In this document: positions 27,193-31,812 of the stretch, one piece after another
How the letters are laid out: each line of letters begins with the position of its first letter
Position numbering within the stretch: position 1 is the first letter of the stretch
Assembly: GCA_021399395.1 (NCBI GenBank)
Contig: JAAFKJ010000042.1
Span: 1 to 31,812, forward strand
DNA length: 31,812 nucleotides
Reading direction: 5' to 3'
Origin: Candidatus Heimdallarchaeota archaeon
GTDB lineage: Archaea; Asgardarchaeota; Heimdallarchaeia; Heimdallarchaeales; Heimdallarchaeaceae
Position numbers and translations under genes: made by a program
The notes under the pieces: model-generated
The model's input: only the letters and a program-made list of their open reading frames with translations
Database searches by the model: none
Told to the model about the DNA's origin: nothing

Positions 27193-27560
27193 TTAAAATC
27201 CCCTTACTAATCATGATTTACCTCATTCGTTTAAATATCTTTTTAAAACTGCAAAACGCTATTTCTAAGGGGTTTATCCGCGATTTTAAGCATTTTCGAG
27301 TGTGCAGTAAAGTGCACAAACGACGTTTTACTGAACGGTGTTCAGTCTAATGCAAATCCGTACATTTTCAATCCCCATATCAAGAGCATAATGAACAGAT
27401 GTTAACTTAATTAATTAAGATTGCACAACATTCATAATTTATTTAGATAAGTTTTTTAATAAAAAAAAGAACCAATTCAATTGAGATTTTAAGTTTAAGG
27501 AGTTATACCGACAGAATTAGGTTTTAATCTCATTATCAGATGGAATTCGAGTTCATTAAG

Positions 27561-27573
27561 ATAGTTTTATAAA
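27561..27573 (+). promoter_or_regulatory. Putative TATA box region (ATAGTTTTATAAA) for tldD/tldE
   Basis: TTTATAAA about 60 bp upstream of ATG 27633. The identical 13-mer occurs upstream of the second tldD. Confidence 0.5.
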
Positions 27574-27632
27574 TTTCTTAGGGTGAGAATGGTTAGGTTA
27601 AATATTTAATTTTAACCAATAGGTGAAATTAA

Positions 27633-29051
27633 ATGGAAAAAGATTATGTTTTTGATTTATTACAAAAAGCAGTTGAAAAGGGTCAAAAACTTGGTGGAGA
27701 GTTTATTGAAGCAAGATATGATGATTTGCAAGAAACAACTATTAACTTAACTAATGAAATGGTTAAGCAATCATCATCATTACACCGAAAAGGAATAGGT
27801 GTGATGGCATACTATAACGGAACACCAGGTTACAGTTTTACACCTGAATTGAGCAAGGAGAGTATAGAGGAAGCAACTATCAGAGCTGTAAAACTAGCCA
27901 AATCAACTGATAACAGAAATACAATAAAACTAGATTTTGACGAAATTCCATCAGTTAAAGATAAAATTGATGCGAAGTTAAAGAAACATCCTAGAGATTT
28001 TGAGTTTGGAGAAAAATTAGAACTTCTGAAAAGAGGAGTTGGATCCATTAAAGAAGAAATTGAACCAACAACTACAACTGGATTATATGGTGAATCATAT
28101 GGTGAGAAGTACTTTGTAAATTCAGAAGGGTCAGAAATTTTTTGGGTTCCAATAGTTGTAGATTTGCGAATGATTAGTGTCATCATTAAAGATGGACAAC
28201 AAGCTACAGCCTTTGAAGGAACTGGAGCATCAAAAGGTTTCGAGTTTTTTGAAATGAAAGGATCATCCCCTGAGGAAGTTGGGAAATTATCAGGTAAAAC
28301 TTGTAAAGAAGCACTTGATGCAGTAGCAGCTCCAGCAGGAAAAACAACAACACTCGTATCGCCACAGATGGGGGGAGTTGTAGTTCATGAATCTTTTGGT
28401 CACTTATCAGAATCAGATTTTGTTGTAACTGGTCAATCTCCTCTGTCAGATAGAGTTGGAGAACAACTTGGAAGCGATCACGTTTCAATTTATGATGAAG
28501 GAATTACTGAATATGGAGGGTATTATCTCCCATATGATGATCAAGGTATTAAAACAGGAAAGACCGTCCTTCTCGAAGATGGAATCTTGAAAGGATATCT
28601 TCACAATAGAGGAACAGCAAAGAAAATGAATGCAGAAATGACTGGCAATAGCAGAGCAATTAACTTCCTATTTAATCCGATAGTACGAATGAAAAACACA
28701 TACTTTGGAAAAGGAGACTTAACATTTGAAGAAGCTGTAGAACAAGTAGGAACTGGAGTATATGCGGTAGACATGTCTGGAGGACAAGTCGGTCTAGACG
28801 GAAATTTCATGTTTAATTGCAGCAAAGGTTACTTGATCGAAAACGGTGAGATAACTAAACCAATCAAAAATACTGCTTTATCAGGAAACATTCTCGAGCT
28901 ACTGAAACATGTTCAAGGAGCAACAAAAGAAATCAAAATTAAAACCGGTTACTTCGGTGGTTGCGGAAAAAACGGACAGAATGGATTAGCTGTAGGATAT
29001 GGAGGTCCGAATGTTATAATGGGTCAAGTTCTCGTTGGAGGTGCACAATAA
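27633..29051 (+). CDS. tldD: TldD family metalloprotease, catalytic subunit
   Basis: HESFGH (HExxGH), YDDQG, RMKNTY, GGQV, GGCGK conserved Cys. AGGTGA SD. Confidence 0.92.
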   Translation: MEKDYVFDLLQKAVEKGQKLGGEFIEARYDDLQETTINLTNEMVKQSSSLHRKGIGVMAYYNGTPGYSFTPELSKESIEEATIRAVKLAKSTDNRNTIKLDFDEIPSVKDKIDAKLKKHPRDFEFGEKLELLKRGVGSIKEEIEPTTTTGLYGESYGEKYFVNSEGSEIFWVPIVVDLRMISVIIKDGQQATAFEGTGASKGFEFFEMKGSSPEEVGKLSGKTCKEALDAVAAPAGKTTTLVSPQMGGVVVHESFGHLSESDFVVTGQSPLSDRVGEQLGSDHVSIYDEGITEYGGYYLPYDDQGIKTGKTVLLEDGILKGYLHNRGTAKKMNAEMTGNSRAINFLFNPIVRMKNTYFGKGDLTFEEAVEQVGTGVYAVDMSGGQVGLDGNFMFNCSKGYLIENGEITKPIKNTALSGNILELLKHVQGATKEIKIKTGYFGGCGKNGQNGLAVGYGGPNVIMGQVLVGGAQ

Positions 29052-30430
29052 TGTCGCTAGAAGATATAAGGAACAAAGTATTAGGGATAGCTGATCAAAC
29101 AGTCAAATATGCTAGAGATCTCAAAGTCCCATCTGCAGAAATTTTTGTAATTGAGCAATCTACTACTAGTCTGACAGATAATAAAGGTAAAGTAGACAGT
29201 AGAGATGGTATTATACAAGGAATAGGGATAAGAGCAGCGATAGGGAAACAACTAGGTTTTGCGAGTAGTACAGGTTTTGAAGATGAAACACTAAAGAGCA
29301 CTCTTCAAGCAGCTTATAATATCGCTAAAGTCAGCCCAGAAAATCCTATGTTCAATGGATTTGTAGCCGAAACAAAAACAGCTAAAGAAGGTATTCTTGA
29401 TTCAAATATACTTAATCTTGAAGCTGATGATTTAATTGAGAAATGTAATATTATGAATCAAGAAGTAGATCTGAGTGATAAAAGAATTATTTCCGGAAGT
29501 TTTGGTTCAAACATTTCACACACGGGATATGCAATTGGAACCACTGAAGGATGTTTAGCATCTTCTTTAACAACATCATTTTCAGCTAACTCTTACTTTG
29601 TTGTTACAGAAGCAGGAGATAGAAAAACAGCAGGTGATTTCATAAATAGTAGAGAGATAAAATCAGTTGAAGGAATTGCACCAAGAGCATTGAACAAAGC
29701 ACTTTCCTCTCTTGGTTCTAAAGCTTTTGGAGGTTCTGAAGTTCTTCCTACAGTTTGGGAAGCTCGTGAAGCAGCATCATTTCTAGCTTTTGCATTTTTC
29801 AATGTATTCTCAGGAACTACTTATGTCGAAAAGAGCAATCCATGGTCGGACAAACTCAATGAACAAGTTGCATCTAAGGAGCTAACTGTCATAGATGATG
29901 GTCAAAAACCTGATACTCAAGCATGTCATGCAATTGACTCAGAAGGAACACCTAAACAAACTACAACAATCATTAAAGAGGGTATTCTACAGACCTTTCT
30001 GTTCAATAAAATGTATGGTGAGGTAGCAGGTTTCGCTACTACAGGGAACGCACAAAGAGGAGGACCAATGGGTGGTGCAGCACCATATGAAAGTACTCCA
30101 AGCGTAGGTTTTAATCAGATTCTAGTAGAAGAAGTAGCCAAGAATCTTAACGAGCAGATAGCTGAGATGGATAGGGGAATCTTAATCACTGGTACTCCAA
30201 TTGGATTATTTACAGCTAATCCAGTTACAGGTGATTTCAGTGTCACTTGCAATGATACTTTTCTAATTGAAAATGGAGAAAAAGTTCATCCTCTGAAATC
30301 TGTCAGCATTGCAGGCAACTACTTTGAAACTTTGAATAACATCCGTTTCATTGGTAACGATAGAGAACCGTCAGGGTGGCCAATAGATACACCTAGTATG
30401 ACTTTTACTGGACATACAATCTCTGACTAA
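29051..30430 (+). CDS. pmbA: TldE/PmbA family protein, non-catalytic partner
   Basis: GIGIRA...GFASST, DSEGTP, TTGNA, NPVTGDFS, IENGE, IAGN, no HExxH. ATG 29051 overlaps the tldD stop (TAATG). Confidence 0.9.
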   Translation: MSLEDIRNKVLGIADQTVKYARDLKVPSAEIFVIEQSTTSLTDNKGKVDSRDGIIQGIGIRAAIGKQLGFASSTGFEDETLKSTLQAAYNIAKVSPENPMFNGFVAETKTAKEGILDSNILNLEADDLIEKCNIMNQEVDLSDKRIISGSFGSNISHTGYAIGTTEGCLASSLTTSFSANSYFVVTEAGDRKTAGDFINSREIKSVEGIAPRALNKALSSLGSKAFGGSEVLPTVWEAREAASFLAFAFFNVFSGTTYVEKSNPWSDKLNEQVASKELTVIDDGQKPDTQACHAIDSEGTPKQTTTIIKEGILQTFLFNKMYGEVAGFATTGNAQRGGPMGGAAPYESTPSVGFNQILVEEVAKNLNEQIAEMDRGILITGTPIGLFTANPVTGDFSVTCNDTFLIENGEKVHPLKSVSIAGNYFETLNNIRFIGNDREPSGWPIDTPSMTFTGHTISD

Positions 30431-30461
30431 ATCTCTTATCTTTTTCTCATTTTTTTATTTT
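30431..30461 (+). terminator. Oligo-T terminator after tldE
   Basis: CTTTTTTCTCATTTTTTTATTTT immediately after the stop. Confidence 0.55.
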
Positions 30462-30521
30462 ACTCAACAGTTTATTAGAGTATCATATGCAATCATAGTT
30501 TGATTTAATGTATAAAAAATA

Positions 30522-31130
30522 ATGAAAAAGGCAATAATTAAACTTACTGAAAATCCAAACAATGTAGCTATTTTCCATTTTGATGACTTATTCACTACAT
30601 CACTCCCATGGGCAGAATTTAGGCTTAATTCTGATCTTCTTGGAAATAATGCTAGTATGATAAATTTTGATAAAATCCATCTAGATATGGAAGGATTCCC
30701 AATTACTTTTATTTATCCTAAAACTGTTATTGCAAACGGAACAGAAATGAGTGTTTTTGATTACTTATACGAAGATTTGAAACAACATGAAATTTCAACC
30801 AAGGAGTTTAAGTATAAAGTTACAAACGATGAAGACCTTTTTGCTATTCAAATAGAAATTCATATTGCATATGAATCATTCTTTGGTGGAAGAATTGAGA
30901 TTGATGAAGAAGCAACAATTACTTACAATAAGGAATGGGGAGTTCTGAGTATGTATGAATTAGACTTCAGAACAGAAACATTTAGTGGAGTAGAGAAAGC
31001 AGAGATATTACTGGAGATTACTGATGAGGATTTAAGGGTAGAAGTATCCTATGGATGGTTTACAGGTATTTCTGTATTGATTATAGCTGGTTTAGTAATT
31101 TTGAGAAAAAGAAAGAAACTAAGTAAGTGA
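30522..31130 (+). CDS. Hypothetical protein with C-terminal TM + basic tail and no signal peptide (possibly 5'-truncated surface protein)
   Basis: Beta-rich acidic body (ITYNKEWGVL), VSYGW-TM-RKRKK tail. An in-frame TAA directly precedes the ATG. Confidence 0.7.
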   Translation: MKKAIIKLTENPNNVAIFHFDDLFTTSLPWAEFRLNSDLLGNNASMINFDKIHLDMEGFPITFIYPKTVIANGTEMSVFDYLYEDLKQHEISTKEFKYKVTNDEDLFAIQIEIHIAYESFFGGRIEIDEEATITYNKEWGVLSMYELDFRTETFSGVEKAEILLEITDEDLRVEVSYGWFTGISVLIIAGLVILRKRKKLSK

Positions 31131-31335
31131 ATATAAAAATTATTTTTTTTTTAAATTTTAAAATTAATACAATTGATTGATTCTGATAACTTCATCTTGT
31201 ACTCATTAAATTCATCATAATAAAACAATTTTTTTTATAAATAAAAAATTTTATTCATTCATTTATGTCTAAAAAAAACAATCAGAAAGTCTTTTCAATA
31301 GATTTGGTTTAATTAATTAAGCTCATTAGTTTTGC

Positions 31336-31348
31336 ATAGTTTTATAAA
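31336..31348 (+). promoter_or_regulatory. Putative TATA box region (ATAGTTTTATAAA) for the second tldD
   Basis: Identical to 27561-27573. Confidence 0.45.
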
Positions 31349-31471
31349 CATTTCAATTATCGAATGTTTAATTCGAATCATTGTTAGATAACCTAACAGG
31401 ATAATGTATGTGGTCAGCACTTTAAATTAGAGTGCTCAATCAAGAAGTCATAGAAACATAAGGTGAAAATA

Positions 31472-31812
31472 TTGGAAAATGATTATGTTTTTGATCTATT
31501 ACATAAAGCAGTTGACGAAGGTCATAAATTAGGTGCAGATTTTGTTGAAGCTAGATATGATGATTTAACCTTAACAACCATCAATTATACTAATGAAAAA
31601 GTAAGAGAATCTTCTACAAAACAACGTAGAGGTATAGGGATTATAACTTATATCAATGGTTCTCCAGGTTATTCATTTACTCCAAACATAGATTCAGATG
31701 CAATCCAAGAGGCAACCAAAAGATCTCTAGGAATAGCTAAAGCTACTGAACCGCTCTTAACATTTAAGCACAATTATGACGATCGCTCCTCTGTAAAGGA
31801 TTCAATTGTTAA
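31472..31812 (+). CDS. tldD: Second TldD paralogue, truncated by the window end
   Basis: TTG start after AGGTGA. MENDYVFDLLHKAVDEGHKLGADFVEARYDDL...NGSPGYSFTP aligns with 27633 (MEKDYVFDLLQKAVEKGQKLGGEFIEARYDDL...NGTPGYSFTP). Not in the ORF track. Confidence 0.9.
   Translation, partial: MENDYVFDLLHKAVDEGHKLGADFVEARYDDLTLTTINYTNEKVRESSTKQRRGIGIITYINGSPGYSFTPNIDSDAIQEATKRSLGIAKATEPLLTFKHNYDDRSSVKDSIV

Noticed and set aside
27350-27391. Tiny ORF MQIRTFSIPISRA as a TldD/E substrate or RiPP precursor
   Set aside because: Only 13 aa, no SD, and no YcaO or other modifying enzymes in the window.
28961-29050. N-terminal extension of tldE
   Set aside because: Lies within tldD. The TAATG overlap at 29049-29053 marks the real start.
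973-29802. Numerous 60-153 aa ORFs nested in or antisense to long genes (e.g. 18099..18560, 18669..19040, 27830..28186)
   Set aside because: Shadow ORFs inside well-supported CDS, with no motifs or SD.
31414-31438. CIRCE-like element (TCAGCACTT-N7-GAGTGCTCA)
   Set aside because: The spacer is 7 rather than 9 nt, the arms have mismatches, and HrcA/CIRCE is bacterial. Kept only as a generic hairpin.

Overview
AT-rich archaeal chromosomal window that is very probably from an Asgard archaeon (Heimdallarchaeia-like). This is inferred from an Arf-family small GTPase, several longin/DENN-like proteins, TM-plus-basic-tail surface anchors, AGGTG Shine-Dalgarno motifs and oligo-T terminators. It holds about 27 CDS, mostly metabolic or transport genes (CoA-disulfide reductase-rhodanese, MFS, ABC, saccharopine dehydrogenase-like, Gfo/Idh/MocA, SDR, GNAT, TldD/TldE plus a second TldD). 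Three things stand out. (1) A minus-strand cluster at 20.7-27.2 kb: uDENN/longin protein with a candidate arginine finger, Arf-like GTPase, stand-alone 7TM protein, flavin reductase-PCP_red fusion and two paralogous longin-DENN proteins resembling SMCR8/folliculin. This is a candidate proto-eukaryotic receptor/GTPase/GAP-GEF module. (2) A solo TnpB with a rearranged RuvC-II, bounded by imperfect terminal inverted repeats. (3) An ERG4/ERG24 (lamin B receptor-like) sterol reductase homologue. No rRNA, tRNA or CRISPR array was seen. All family calls come from motif recognition by eye, not database searches.
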